Part shown: one piece after another, positions 1 through 9,763 of the stretch | How the letters are laid out: each line of letters opens with the position of its first letter | Numbering within the stretch: position 1 is the first letter of the stretch | DNA from: Bacteroidales bacterium | GTDB taxonomy: Bacteria; Bacteroidota; Bacteroidia; Bacteroidales; Prolixibacteraceae | Reading direction: 5' to 3' | Length of the DNA stretch: 49,563 bases | Assembly: GCA_038217255.1 (NCBI GenBank) | Contig: JBBQPP010000001.1 | Coordinates: forward strand, 1-49,563 | Program-made: the position numbers and the translations under genes | Notes under the pieces: generated by a model | Told to the model about the DNA's origin: nothing | The model's input: the letters and a program-made list of their open reading frames with translations, nothing else | The model's database searches: none

Positions 1-1
1 G

Positions 2-3000
2 CATAAATTAAATGACTATGCAACAAAGGGATATTTCTATTTAACCGATAATGTTGGAAATACCAAAGTTGCCCAACGTTTACCTGCGTTGCAAGATCCT
101 GTTACCCACTCTGTTTCTGAGGGTGACGCATACCAATTATATGAAAATGAAACAGAAAATGTGCTTGCCATGGGCAAAGGCCTGGGTTCGGGGAAGCAGT
201 GGTTTGGTGATAAATTTAAGCATAGTTCGGTTACGAATATTGATTTTGATCTGACAGATATTGAATCTTCTGAGCAAGTGAAAATCCGTGTAAATGCCAT
301 TGCGCGCTCCTTTGCAGCATCTGAAATGAAATTGCTCGTAAATCAGGCAGAACAAGGGACGTTGAGTTTTAATTCCGTTAATACCGGAAGTCAAACATCA
401 AGTTATGCAGATCAAAAAGAAGGGGTTTTTTCTACAACAGTTCAAGGAAATCAGGCCAAACTTACATTGAAATATTTTGCAAATAATATTAATAGCAATA
501 TAGATGACAATGCGTTATCATGGCTCGATTTCATAGAAATAAATTACCGAAGGAAACTTAAATTTGGAAATGAACCTTTGTTTTTTCGTGATAAATCTTC
601 AGTAGGTGGTGGTAATATTGTTTCGTTTTCAATAGAAAATGCTGGTTCGGGTTCGCGGGTTTTTGATGTGACTCATGTAAATAATGTGGTGGAAGTACCG
701 GTTGAAATTTCAGGAAACGTTGCAGTTATAAAACGGCCTGGGAATAAGCTTTTTGAATATGTAGCTTTTAGCCCTAACGGTAATTACAGCGAACCAGAAT
801 ATATTGGAGAAGTAGCAAATCAGGATTTACATGCCTTAAGTACCCCTGAATTCATAATTATTACCCATCCAAATTTTATTGGTTCAGCAAATAAATTAGC
901 TGATTTTCACAGAAGTTTTGATGGGATGAGTGTTGAGGTGGTAACAACAGAACAGGTTTATAATGAATTTAGTTCGGGAACTAAAAGTGCCACTGGAATT
1001 AGAAATTTCATTAAAATGTTTTATGACAGGAGCGAAAAACTAAAATATGTATTACTATTCGGAGATGGTAGTTTTGACAATAGAAATCTTAGACCCGAAA
1101 CCAAAAATTTTGTACCGACATTCCAATCAGAAAATTCACTTGTGCCGGTTTCATCGTTTGTAACCGATGATTATTTTGTAATGCTTGATGCAGGTGAAAG
1201 TGTGTACAACGGTGCCATTGATTTGGGTATTGGCAGGATTCCGTCAACAACAACTTTTGAAGCAGAAACTGTCATCAACAAAATCGAAAATTATTATAAA
1301 CCTGAAGCATTGGGTAACTGGAGAAACATTGTGTGCTTGATAGCGGATGATGAAGATAGTGGGCTGCACATGGCAGATACCGAAAAACTTGACAAATTGA
1401 TTAAGGATACCCACAGTGAGTTTATTACAGATAAGATTTACTTCGATTCCTACCTTCAACAAGTTAATGCAGGAGAAGAAAAATATCCTGATGTTACCAC
1501 TGCAATAAACAACCGCGTTAAAGACGGGGTTTTGATTTTAAACTATGTGGGTCATGCAAATGAGCGATATATGGCTGACGAACATGTACTTGACATCAGT
1601 AACGTTAATACTTGGTCGAACACAAATAACCTCCCCATTTTTGTGACAGCAACTTGCGAATTCAGTCGCTTTGATGCCGATGAAACCTCAATTGGGGAGT
1701 ATGTCCTTTTTAATCCAACTGGCGGAGGGATTGGACTTTTTTCCACAACCCGGCTGGTATATGCTTATTCGAATTCATTATTAAGTTTAAGTTTTTACCG
1801 TTTTGTTTTTGAAAAAGACGAGCAAGGAAACCGTTACCGTATGGGAGATATTATGCGGCTTGCAAAGATAAATACACTCAATAGTATCAATAAAAGAAAT
1901 TTCAGCTTATTGGCAGATCCGGCACTTCGGTTGTCATACCCCAAAAATAAAGTGGTAACTACTTCTGTCAATGGTAATGAAGTCGGCAATAACACCGATA
2001 CGCTCCGTGCTTTACAAAAAGTTGATATAGAAGGTTTCATTTCTGATTATTCAGATAATAAATTGAATAATTTTTCAGGAGAGATGACAGTTACTGTTTA
2101 CGATAAGGAAACTACGGTAAGCACATTGGGTAATAATGGTGAAACACCTTTTAGATTTAATGTACGTGAAAATATTATTTACAAAGGACAGACCACAGTA
2201 AAAAACGGAGAGTTCTCATTTAGTTTTGTTGTACCAAAAGATATTTCTTATGTAATCGGACAGGGAAATATTATGTATTATGCACAAAATAACGAAGTTG
2301 ATGCCAATGGTGCTTTTAATGATTTTATGATCGGGGGATTGTCCGATCAGGTTGTTGATGACAATCAGGGGCCTGAAATAGAACTGTTTATGGATACTAG
2401 GGATTTTATTTCGGGAAACAAAACAAGTAAAAATCCTACATTGGAAGCATATCTTTCGGATGAAAATGGGATTAACACTGCTGGCACTGGTATTGGGCAT
2501 GATATTACAGCGGTTTTGGACGATGATTATTCAAATATTTTTGTGCTAAACAATTTTTATCAGGCCGAAATAAACAATTTTAAAAGCGGTTTAGTAAGTT
2601 TCCCATTTAAAAATCTGACTCCGGGCAAACATAAAATTACATTTAAAGCATGGGATGTTGCAAATAACTCCTCCGAGAAAGATATTGAATTTGAAGTTAC
2701 AGGGGATTTTTATATCAGTCAGGTCATTAATACGCCAAATCCGGCTGTTGATAATACTTATTTTAGTTTCGAACATAACCAATCGGATGCAAATTTAAAT
2801 GTCATGGTCGAGATTTTTGACCTGTTAGGCCGCAGGGTTGATTTCATAAAAACGGAAGTTGGTTCAGCAGGAACAAAAAGTAATCCCATACGTTGGAACT
2901 TTAATGAAACTGGTACTCTCCTTTTAAACGGAATTTATATCTACCGCATAACTGCTCAAAACGATGATAAGATTTATTTTTCAAAATCAGGTAAAATGAT

Positions 3001-3013
3001 GATTGCACGTTAA
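2..3013 (+). CDS. porU: Type IX secretion system sortase PorU (peptidase C25/gingipain family), 5'-truncated by the window edge
   Basis: The frame is open from base 2, so the TTG at 89 is not the true start. C25 motifs IIITHP, YVLLFGDGSFD, GIGRIP, LNYVGH (catalytic His), FVTATCEF (catalytic Cys) and LLADPAL; T9SS CTD-like C-terminus (PNP...GIYIYRI); directly upstream of porV. Confidence 0.93.
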   Translation, partial: HKLNDYATKGYFYLTDNVGNTKVAQRLPALQDPVTHSVSEGDAYQLYENETENVLAMGKGLGSGKQWFGDKFKHSSVTNIDFDLTDIESSEQVKIRVNAIARSFAASEMKLLVNQAEQGTLSFNSVNTGSQTSSYADQKEGVFSTTVQGNQAKLTLKYFANNINSNIDDNALSWLDFIEINYRRKLKFGNEPLFFRDKSSVGGGNIVSFSIENAGSGSRVFDVTHVNNVVEVPVEISGNVAVIKRPGNKLFEYVAFSPNGNYSEPEYIGEVANQDLHALSTPEFIIITHPNFIGSANKLADFHRSFDGMSVEVVTTEQVYNEFSSGTKSATGIRNFIKMFYDRSEKLKYVLLFGDGSFDNRNLRPETKNFVPTFQSENSLVPVSSFVTDDYFVMLDAGESVYNGAIDLGIGRIPSTTTFEAETVINKIENYYKPEALGNWRNIVCLIADDEDSGLHMADTEKLDKLIKDTHSEFITDKIYFDSYLQQVNAGEEKYPDVTTAINNRVKDGVLILNYVGHANERYMADEHVLDISNVNTWSNTNNLPIFVTATCEFSRFDADETSIGEYVLFNPTGGGIGLFSTTRLVYAYSNSLLSLSFYRFVFEKDEQGNRYRMGDIMRLAKINTLNSINKRNFSLLADPALRLSYPKNKVVTTSVNGNEVGNNTDTLRALQKVDIEGFISDYSDNKLNNFSGEMTVTVYDKETTVSTLGNNGETPFRFNVRENIIYKGQTTVKNGEFSFSFVVPKDISYVIGQGNIMYYAQNNEVDANGAFNDFMIGGLSDQVVDDNQGPEIELFMDTRDFISGNKTSKNPTLEAYLSDENGINTAGTGIGHDITAVLDDDYSNIFVLNNFYQAEINNFKSGLVSFPFKNLTPGKHKITFKAWDVANNSSEKDIEFEVTGDFYISQVINTPNPAVDNTYFSFEHNQSDANLNVMVEIFDLLGRRVDFIKTEVGSAGTKSNPIRWNFNETGTLLLNGIYIYRITAQNDDKIYFSKSGKMMIAR

Positions 3014-3101
3014 ATTTTTCGGTGAATGAAATTTTTCATCATTTGTTGCGTTTTCATTTGTATTATGAATATTATAAATATGGCTGCAAAAACAATTATT
3101 A

Positions 3102-3109
3102 TATCTTTG
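3102..3109 (+). promoter_or_regulatory. Bacteroidota sigmaA -7 element (TAnnTTTG) for porV-ispF
   Basis: TATCTTTG 22 nt upstream of the porV ATG; no clear -33 TTTG. Confidence 0.55.
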
Positions 3110-3131
3110 CAGCCTCAATTTTTTTAAAATT

Positions 3132-4304
3132 ATGAAGCAATTATTTAGACTCTTATTACTTCTGACAATGATTATTGCTATATCGGAAAACGTTATGGCT
3201 CAGTCAACTACTTCAGGAGCAAATACAATTACAACTGCTGTTCCATTTCTTTCAATCACTCCCGATTCAAGGGCTGGAGGTATGGGAGATGCAGGCGTAG
3301 GATTAACTCCTGACGTAAGTTCGCAACATTGGAATCCTGCAAAATATGTTTTTATGGAAAGTGATATGGGTATTGGTTTATCATATTCACCCTGGTTGCG
3401 TAATTTGGTTGACGATATCAATCTTGCTTATTTGTCGGGTTATAAAAAACTTGACGATGTGCAGGCAGTAAGTGCTTCTTTACGTTATTTTTCCCTGGGA
3501 GATATTATTTTTACAAGTGATTACGGTGAAATAAACGGGCAGCAAAGCCCTAACGAATTTGCCGTTGATTTGGGTTATTCCCGTTTACTTTCCGAAAGCT
3601 TCTCTGGTGCAGTGGCATTGCGTTATATTCGATCTGATCTGACCGGAGGGCAAATGGTAGGAGGTGTTGAAACACATGCGGGAAATGCATTTGCTGCAGA
3701 TGTTGCCTTTTATTACTATAAAGAATTAAGGGTCAACCGCAAAGACAATATTTTTTCAGCGGGTATTAATATTCAGAATATTGGTTCAAAAATCTCGTAT
3801 ACCGATGGTACAATAAAGGATTTTATACCAACCAATTTAATGCTTGGAGCTTCTTATACATCTAATCTTGATGATTATAATTCATTTACATTTTCTTTTG
3901 AAGCCAATAAATTGCTGGTGCCAACCCCACCTGCTGACTCAATTGGTTTGGAACCGGGAGTAATTGTCTCTGGGGGTGTTAATTCCGACATTGGATCGAT
4001 TGAGGGAATAGTTGTTTCCTTTAACGACGCACCAGGCGGGTTTCAGGAAGAGATGCAGGAAATTAACCTTTCATTTGGGGTTGAATACTGGTACAACAAG
4101 CAATTTGCAATAAGGGGAGGTTATTTTTATGAACACCAAAATAAGGGTAACAGAAAATATTTCACAGCGGGGGCAGGTTTGAAACTTAATGTTTTTGCTC
4201 TTGATTTCTCCTATCTACTGCCTACTCAGCGCAATCATCCACTCGAAAATACACTTAGGTTTACACTATCGTTTGATATTGATGCCTTCGAAAGACAACG
4301 ATAA
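3132..4304 (+). CDS. porV: T9SS outer-membrane shuttle protein PorV
   Basis: Signal peptide; ITTAVPFLSITPDSRAGGMGD, WNPAKY, SYSPWL and NHPLENTLRF motifs; porU-porV-ispF synteny. Confidence 0.95.
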   Translation: MKQLFRLLLLLTMIIAISENVMAQSTTSGANTITTAVPFLSITPDSRAGGMGDAGVGLTPDVSSQHWNPAKYVFMESDMGIGLSYSPWLRNLVDDINLAYLSGYKKLDDVQAVSASLRYFSLGDIIFTSDYGEINGQQSPNEFAVDLGYSRLLSESFSGAVALRYIRSDLTGGQMVGGVETHAGNAFAADVAFYYYKELRVNRKDNIFSAGINIQNIGSKISYTDGTIKDFIPTNLMLGASYTSNLDDYNSFTFSFEANKLLVPTPPADSIGLEPGVIVSGGVNSDIGSIEGIVVSFNDAPGGFQEEMQEINLSFGVEYWYNKQFAIRGGYFYEHQNKGNRKYFTAGAGLKLNVFALDFSYLLPTQRNHPLENTLRFTLSFDIDAFERQR

Positions 4305-4783
4305 TGGATTACCGTATCGGACAAGGATATGACGTGCACCGCCTGGCCGAGGGAGAAACTTTGTGGCTTGGCGGTATTTTAATCCTGCACCATAAGGGTA
4401 CTGTGGCTCATTCAGATGGTGATGTGGTCATCCATGCCATTTGCGATGCTATTTTGGGAGCCGCAAAACTTGCTGATATAGGAACCAATTTTCCTGATAA
4501 TTCTTCTGAATTCAAAAATATTGACAGTAAAATACTATTGGATAAATCATATCAACTTGCTAAAATCAAGGGATATGAAATAGTAAATATTGATTGCACA
4601 ATCAGTGCACAGCAACCTAAATTAAAACCTTTTATACCCGAAATGGAAAAGGTAATGGCCAAAGTGCTTCAAATTGATGTCGATCAGATTTCGGTGAAAG
4701 CAACTACTACCGAAAAATTAGGATTTGAAGGCCGCGAGGAGGGAATTTCAGTAAATGCCGTTGTGCTTTTAAAAAAATTATAA
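4304..4783 (+). CDS. ispF: 2-C-methyl-D-erythritol 2,4-cyclodiphosphate synthase
   Basis: RIGQGYDVH, HSDGDVVIHAICDA and SVKATTTEKLGF motifs; TAATG overlap with porV. Confidence 0.97.
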   Translation: MDYRIGQGYDVHRLAEGETLWLGGILILHHKGTVAHSDGDVVIHAICDAILGAAKLADIGTNFPDNSSEFKNIDSKILLDKSYQLAKIKGYEIVNIDCTISAQQPKLKPFIPEMEKVMAKVLQIDVDQISVKATTTEKLGFEGREEGISVNAVVLLKKL

Positions 4784-4788
4784 AAATT

Positions 4789-5145
4789 ATGAAGACTCTT
4801 GTAATTGGGGCAAGCTCAAAACCAGAGCGATATTCAAATATGGCAATTCATGCATTGCGGGAAAACAACCACGAAGTTATTGGGCTTGCAAAAAGAAAAG
4901 GGATGGTTTCTGATGTCCCGATTCAAAATGAGTTTCCATCAAAAGAGATTATTCATACAGTTACAATGTATGTAGGAGCAAAACACCAGATTGAATATTA
5001 TAAATCCTTACTCGAATTAAAACCTGAAAGGGTAATTTTTAATCCGGGAGCTGAAAACTTTGAGTTGGCTGAGTTGCTTGAATTAAATGGAATTGAAACC
5101 ATTGAAGGTTGCACTTTGGTAATGTTAAGTACCGGGCAGTTTTGA
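4789..5145 (+). CDS. CoA-binding domain protein (YccU-like)
   Basis: KTLVIGASSKPERYS, RVIFNPGAEN and GCTLVML motifs. Confidence 0.88.
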   Translation: MKTLVIGASSKPERYSNMAIHALRENNHEVIGLAKRKGMVSDVPIQNEFPSKEIIHTVTMYVGAKHQIEYYKSLLELKPERVIFNPGAENFELAELLELNGIETIEGCTLVMLSTGQF

Positions 5146-5163
5146 ATAAAAATCCAAGTTAAG

Positions 5164-5496
5164 ATGTTTGTTGAGATTCAGTCCTTTGAGGAGTTTTTAA
5201 AACTGAAAGATGAAGAACCTGCTTTGCTGGCTTATTTTTCTACTGAGATATGTAATGTTTGTAAAGTTCTGAAACCAAAGGTTAGCGAATTGGTTCAAAA
5301 CGAGTTCCCTAAAATTAAACTTGCTTATATAAAATCCGACAAGTTACCTGAAGTGGCAGCACAGAATCAGGTTTTTATAGCCCCTACCATTCTTGTTTTT
5401 TTTGAAGGAAGAGAGTACATCCGTAAAAGTCGAAACATCGGTATTGGTGAATTACAGCGTGAAATTGAACGACCATATTCGATGATTTTCTCTTAG
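5164..5496 (+). CDS. Thioredoxin-family protein
   Basis: CNVC active-site motif followed by KVLKPK; cis-Pro APT motif; 110 aa. Confidence 0.88.
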   Translation: MFVEIQSFEEFLKLKDEEPALLAYFSTEICNVCKVLKPKVSELVQNEFPKIKLAYIKSDKLPEVAAQNQVFIAPTILVFFEGREYIRKSRNIGIGELQREIERPYSMIFS

Positions 5497-5816
5497 CTCA
5501 AAAAGGTATGATTTGATATAAAAGTCATATCTGTTTCGGTACATTTTATTTTTCATAACGATTCCTTCTATTTACAGTTAGAGTATTTTCACATTTTAGA
5601 CTTTATCTAATAATGATTTAAAAGTCTGAATTTGGTTGAATGATTTGGGAATCATTGTCAATTTTCTTGTTTAAAATCTGTGGTTGTCATAACTTCGCAG
5701 TTATTTATCTGTTGTCAGATGAAACATATCGACAAAAAAGTGTGTTTCCCCGAATTAGTATCTGATTTGTAATATTTAATTGGAATATTTGTTAACAAAA
5801 TAAAAGTAGTAGAATT

Positions 5817-6395
5817 ATGAAAAAAGTACGGATTGGATTGTTGGCTGCGGTTGTTACATTTTTGTTTTCAAGTTGTGGTTACAACAAAATGGTTACCATG
5901 GAAGAACAGGTTACGTCGCAATGGGCGCAGGTTGAAAATGTGTACCAAAGAAGAGCTGATTTAATTCCAAATTTGGTAAATACGGTCAAAGGTTATGCCG
6001 CACATGAGAAGGAAACGCTTGAAGGTGTTATTGAAGCCCGTTCGAAAGCAACTTCAGTTAATATTGATCCTTCAAAACTTACACCTGAATCAATACAGCA
6101 GTTTAACCAGGCGCAGGAAGGGCTTTCGTCCGCTTTGAGCAGATTAATGGTTGTTGTTGAAAGATACCCCGATTTGAAAGCCAATCAGAATTTTCTGGAT
6201 TTGCAGGCACAACTTGAAGGTACTGAAAACCGTATAACAGTTGAACGCATGAAATTCAATGAAACAACACAAATATACAACGCTTATATCCGAAAATTCC
6301 CACAGGTAATTTATTCCGGTTGGTTTGGTTTTGAAAAGAAAACCTACTTTGAAGCGCAACAAGGAGCAGAAAGGGCCCCGGAAGTTCAATTCTAA
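5817..6395 (+). CDS. lemA: LemA family protein (lipoprotein-type N-terminus)
   Basis: SSCGYN lipobox; YQRRADLIPNLV, ERYPDLKANQNF and LEGTENRI motifs. Confidence 0.95.
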   Translation: MKKVRIGLLAAVVTFLFSSCGYNKMVTMEEQVTSQWAQVENVYQRRADLIPNLVNTVKGYAAHEKETLEGVIEARSKATSVNIDPSKLTPESIQQFNQAQEGLSSALSRLMVVVERYPDLKANQNFLDLQAQLEGTENRITVERMKFNETTQIYNAYIRKFPQVIYSGWFGFEKKTYFEAQQGAERAPEVQF

Positions 6396-6410
6396 GGAAA
6401 AATAAATGCT

Positions 6411-6851
6411 ATGAATGTTCAGAAATATTTTACAGAAGAAAACAAACTACAAATTGCAAATGCAATCCGCATTGCTGAGTTGAACACCTCCGGCGAAATT
6501 CGGGTTCATATCGAAAAATTTTGTAAAGGTGATGTTTTGGATCAGGCCGCCTATGTTTTTGAAAAGTTGGAAATGCACAAAACTCAGTTAAGAAATGGAG
6601 TTTTGTTTTATGTGGCAATTGACGACCAAAAGTTTGCAATCCTGGGAGATTCGGGAATAAATCAAAAAGTACCAACAGATTTTTGGGAAAAAGCAAAGGA
6701 AATTGTTTTGTTGAATTTTAAGGAAGGAAATTTGACAGAGGGCTTGACAAAGGGAATCTTGATGGCTGGAGAACAATTAAAAGAACATTTCCCATACATG
6801 AAAGACGATAAAAACGAACTTTCTGACGACATTTCATTTGGGAAAAATTAA
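6411..6851 (+). CDS. TPM domain protein (YgcG-like)
   Basis: AELNTSGEIRVHIE, RNGVLFY and FAILGDSGI motifs; typical lemA-TPM-TPM operon. Confidence 0.9.
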   Translation: MNVQKYFTEENKLQIANAIRIAELNTSGEIRVHIEKFCKGDVLDQAAYVFEKLEMHKTQLRNGVLFYVAIDDQKFAILGDSGINQKVPTDFWEKAKEIVLLNFKEGNLTEGLTKGILMAGEQLKEHFPYMKDDKNELSDDISFGKN

Positions 6852-6858
6852 ATACAAA

Positions 6859-7635
6859 ATGAATAAAATATTATTAATAATCTCAGTTTTTATTTTTTCA
6901 GCTGCAATTTTGGTTGCACAAATTCCGGACCGACCTGTTCCCCCCAGGTTAGTTAACGATTTTGCAAACGTTTTATCTGAAACCGAACGTACTCAACTTG
7001 AAAATGAATTGGTGCAGTTTGCACAAGCAAAATCAACCCAAATTGTGGTTGTTACTGTGGCTGATCTTGATGGGGATGATCCTGGGAATTATGCATTTCA
7101 GATTGGTGAGAAGTGGGGAGTTGGGCAAAAAGATAAAGATAACGGAATTGTAATATTAGTTAAGCCCAAAAAGGGAAATAGCAAAGGTCAGGTTTTTATT
7201 GCAACAGGTTATGGATTAGAGGGTATTTTACCCGATGCAATTGTAAATTCAACTGTTATTGACTACGAAATGATTCCACGATTTAAAGAGAACGATTATT
7301 TTGGGGGAATTTCAAATGGTGTGAAAGTTATAATGGACATAACCAAGGGAGAATATACAGCAGAACAGTATCAGCAGAAGGTTGGGAAAAACAAAGGGGG
7401 TGGTTTTATTCCTGCTATAATTATTTTTATTTTGGTTTTTGTGTTTATGATGCGCGGGCGTAGGAACAGGTTTTATTCACCAGGTAAAAGCCTTCCGTTT
7501 TGGCTTGCTATGGGAATGATGTCGGGCAGTAACCGTTCTGGTGGTTCATTTGGTAATTTTTCATCAGGTAGCGGTGGTTTTGGTGGCTTTGGCGGCGGCA
7601 GCTTTGGCGGTGGCGGTGCCGGGGGAAGCTGGTAA
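6859..7635 (+). CDS. TPM domain membrane protein with Gly-rich C-terminal tail
   Basis: LVNDFANVL, WGVGQKDKDNG, IATGYGLEG and terminal GGGSFGGGGAGGSW; ATG at 6859 preferred over TTG at 6838. Confidence 0.9.
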   Translation: MNKILLIISVFIFSAAILVAQIPDRPVPPRLVNDFANVLSETERTQLENELVQFAQAKSTQIVVVTVADLDGDDPGNYAFQIGEKWGVGQKDKDNGIVILVKPKKGNSKGQVFIATGYGLEGILPDAIVNSTVIDYEMIPRFKENDYFGGISNGVKVIMDITKGEYTAEQYQQKVGKNKGGGFIPAIIIFILVFVFMMRGRRNRFYSPGKSLPFWLAMGMMSGSNRSGGSFGNFSSGSGGFGGFGGGSFGGGGAGGSW

Positions 7636-7646
7636 AAAGGAAGAAA

Positions 7647-7701
7647 CAAAAAAGAACACCTGCAAAATTGCGTTATGCGAATTTGCAGGTGTTCTTTTTT
7701 G
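7647..7701. terminator. Bidirectional intrinsic terminator between the TPM operon and purA
   Basis: Perfect 20-bp inverted repeat CAAAAAAGAACACCTGCAAA / TTTGCAGGTGTTCTTTTTTG between convergent genes, with A and T tracts on the two sides. Confidence 0.9.
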
Positions 7702-7712
7702 AGGTAAAGATT

Positions 7713-8996
7713 TTAATGACTGTCTGAATCCAAAAAAATTGTCTGTTCGCGGTTTGGGCCAACAGATGCAATTGTAACAGGAATTCCAACCTCTTCCTCA
7801 ATGAAATTTATGTAATTGTTTAATTCTTCGGGGAATTCATCCTGGTGTTTAATCTTTGTTAAATCAGTTTTCCAGCCTGGCAGTTCAACATACACCGGTT
7901 TTACATCATCATTTAATTCAAACGGAAAATGTTCAATTGTTTCGCCATCAACTTCATAACCAACACATATTTTTATTGTTTCGAACTGGTCCAAAACATC
8001 GGATTTCATCATTATTAACTGAGTTACCCCATTTAGCATTATGGAATATTTTAGGGCAACCAAATCGAGCCAGCCACATCTTCTGGGCCTTCCGGTGGTA
8101 GAGCCAAATTCATTTCCAGCCTTGCGCAAAATAGTGCCTGTTTCATCAAGTAATTCTGTAGGGAATGGACCCATTCCAACACGGGTGCAATAAGCTTTAA
8201 AAATGCCCAGTACCTCTCCTATTTTATTTGGTGCAATTCCAAGCCCGGTGCACGCACCTGCAGAAATTGTGTTCGAGCTGGTAACAAAGGGATATGACCC
8301 GAAATCAATATCGAGTAAAGTTCCCTGCGCACCTTCAGCCAAAACCGATTTGTTTTCCAGCAAGAGTTTGTCAATCATGTGCTCGGTATCAACAATTTTG
8401 AATGATTTAAGAAGCTCAATACCTTCAAACCAATTCTTTTCACAATCTTCAAGTATTTGCTGGAAATCGAATCTGTAAAAATCTGTTAAAAGCAATTTAT
8501 GCCTTTCAACACGTGATTTGTATTTTTCATCAAAATCATGCAGTAAATCACCAACACGTAAACCTTCACGGCCTATTTTATCCTTGTAAGTTGGTCCTAT
8601 CCCTTTTAGCGTCGAACCGATTTTTAATTCACCTTTTTGCAGTTCCGAAGCAGCATCAAGCAAACGGTGAGTTGGTAAAATCATGTGGGCTTTTTTCGAA
8701 ATGTATAAATTTTGTGAAATATCGACACCAATTTTTTTTAACGATTCGATTTCTTTTTGGAATACAATTGGGTCTATTACAACACCGTTTCCAATGATAT
8801 TTATTTTGTTGTCTCGAAAAATACCTGACGGAATTGTATGAAGTACATGTTTAATATTGTTGAATTCCAACGTATGTCCGGCATTTGGACCACCTTGAAA
8901 GCGGGTAATTACATCATATTTCGGAGTTAGTACATCAACAATTTTTCCTTTTCCTTCGTCGCCCCATTGCAAGCCAAGTAAAACATCTACTTTCAT
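7713..8996 (-). CDS. purA: Adenylosuccinate synthetase
   Basis: GLQWGDEGKGK, RFQGGPNAGHT, EGAQGTLLD and GSTTGRPRRCGWLD motifs. Confidence 0.98.
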   Translation of the reverse strand: MKVDVLLGLQWGDEGKGKIVDVLTPKYDVITRFQGGPNAGHTLEFNNIKHVLHTIPSGIFRDNKINIIGNGVVIDPIVFQKEIESLKKIGVDISQNLYISKKAHMILPTHRLLDAASELQKGELKIGSTLKGIGPTYKDKIGREGLRVGDLLHDFDEKYKSRVERHKLLLTDFYRFDFQQILEDCEKNWFEGIELLKSFKIVDTEHMIDKLLLENKSVLAEGAQGTLLDIDFGSYPFVTSSNTISAGACTGLGIAPNKIGEVLGIFKAYCTRVGMGPFPTELLDETGTILRKAGNEFGSTTGRPRRCGWLDLVALKYSIMLNGVTQLIMMKSDVLDQFETIKICVGYEVDGETIEHFPFELNDDVKPVYVELPGWKTDLTKIKHQDEFPEELNNYINFIEEEVGIPVTIASVGPNREQTIFLDSDSH

Positions 8997-9114
8997 TTGA
9001 GTTTTTATCTAATATTGATTAATAATCCACCATAGTGCTTTTTGAAATTTACTTGTTCATCATACCTTTTGGGGAAATGAATCACAAAAGTTATTTTCAA
9101 TCTTTTATTCAAAC

Positions 9115-9154
9115 AAAACCGTGAAAATCTATCTTACAGAAAAAATTTTCACGG
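9115..9154 (-). terminator. Probable intrinsic terminator downstream of fur
   Basis: 10-bp stem CCGTGAAAAT / ATTTTCACGG followed on the minus strand by a short T tract. Confidence 0.55.
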
Positions 9155-9257
9155 CTTATAGCTTAAGCGTTTAAAAATACAAATAATTTTGGTTTACAGA
9201 CGAAAAAGATATACAGCTGTTTCGGGTTTAGAGAAATATTAAGGTAATAAGGAAATT

Positions 9258-9695
9258 CTATTTCAAGTTTTCCCCATAAATATACAGGGTGTGGTGAGAA
9301 AGCTTAAAATTATTTTGTTTACAAGCGTCCTCTATAATTTCGCGGATTCTGGGGTCAAAGAATTCGATAACATTTCCATTTCTCGTGTCGATTAAATGGT
9401 CATGTTGCAAAGAGGCAAATGCTTTTTCGAATTGGGCAATGTTTTTCCCAAACTGATGTTTTACCACCAGCTTACAATCAAGAAGCAAATCGATTGTGTT
9501 ATATAGTGTTGCCCTACTTACCCGGTAGTTATTATTTTTCATTGATATGTACAATGATTCAATATCAAAATGTCCTTCGCGAAAATAAATTTCCTGAAGA
9601 ATAGCAAACCTTTCCGGGGTTTTACGATGTCCATTATTTTCCAGGTATTCAGTAAACATATTTTTTACTGTTTCTCTGGTTTTATGGTTATTCAT
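9258..9695 (-). CDS. fur: Fur-family transcriptional regulator
   Basis: [21 protein letters not shown] and HDHLI...VIEF motifs; relA-fur-purA neighbourhood. Confidence 0.9.
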   Translation of the reverse strand: MNNHKTRETVKNMFTEYLENNGHRKTPERFAILQEIYFREGHFDIESLYISMKNNNYRVSRATLYNTIDLLLDCKLVVKHQFGKNIAQFEKAFASLQHDHLIDTRNGNVIEFFDPRIREIIEDACKQNNFKLSHHTLYIYGENLK

Positions 9696-9763
9696 AATTA
9701 AACCAATTTAAAATAGGACGTAAAATTAGAATTATTTTTGATATTCTTTAGAATGATTAAAAA

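Noticed and set aside
7540-7632. GC-rich GGT/GGC low-complexity repeat
   Set aside because: It encodes the normal Gly-rich tail of the TPM protein.
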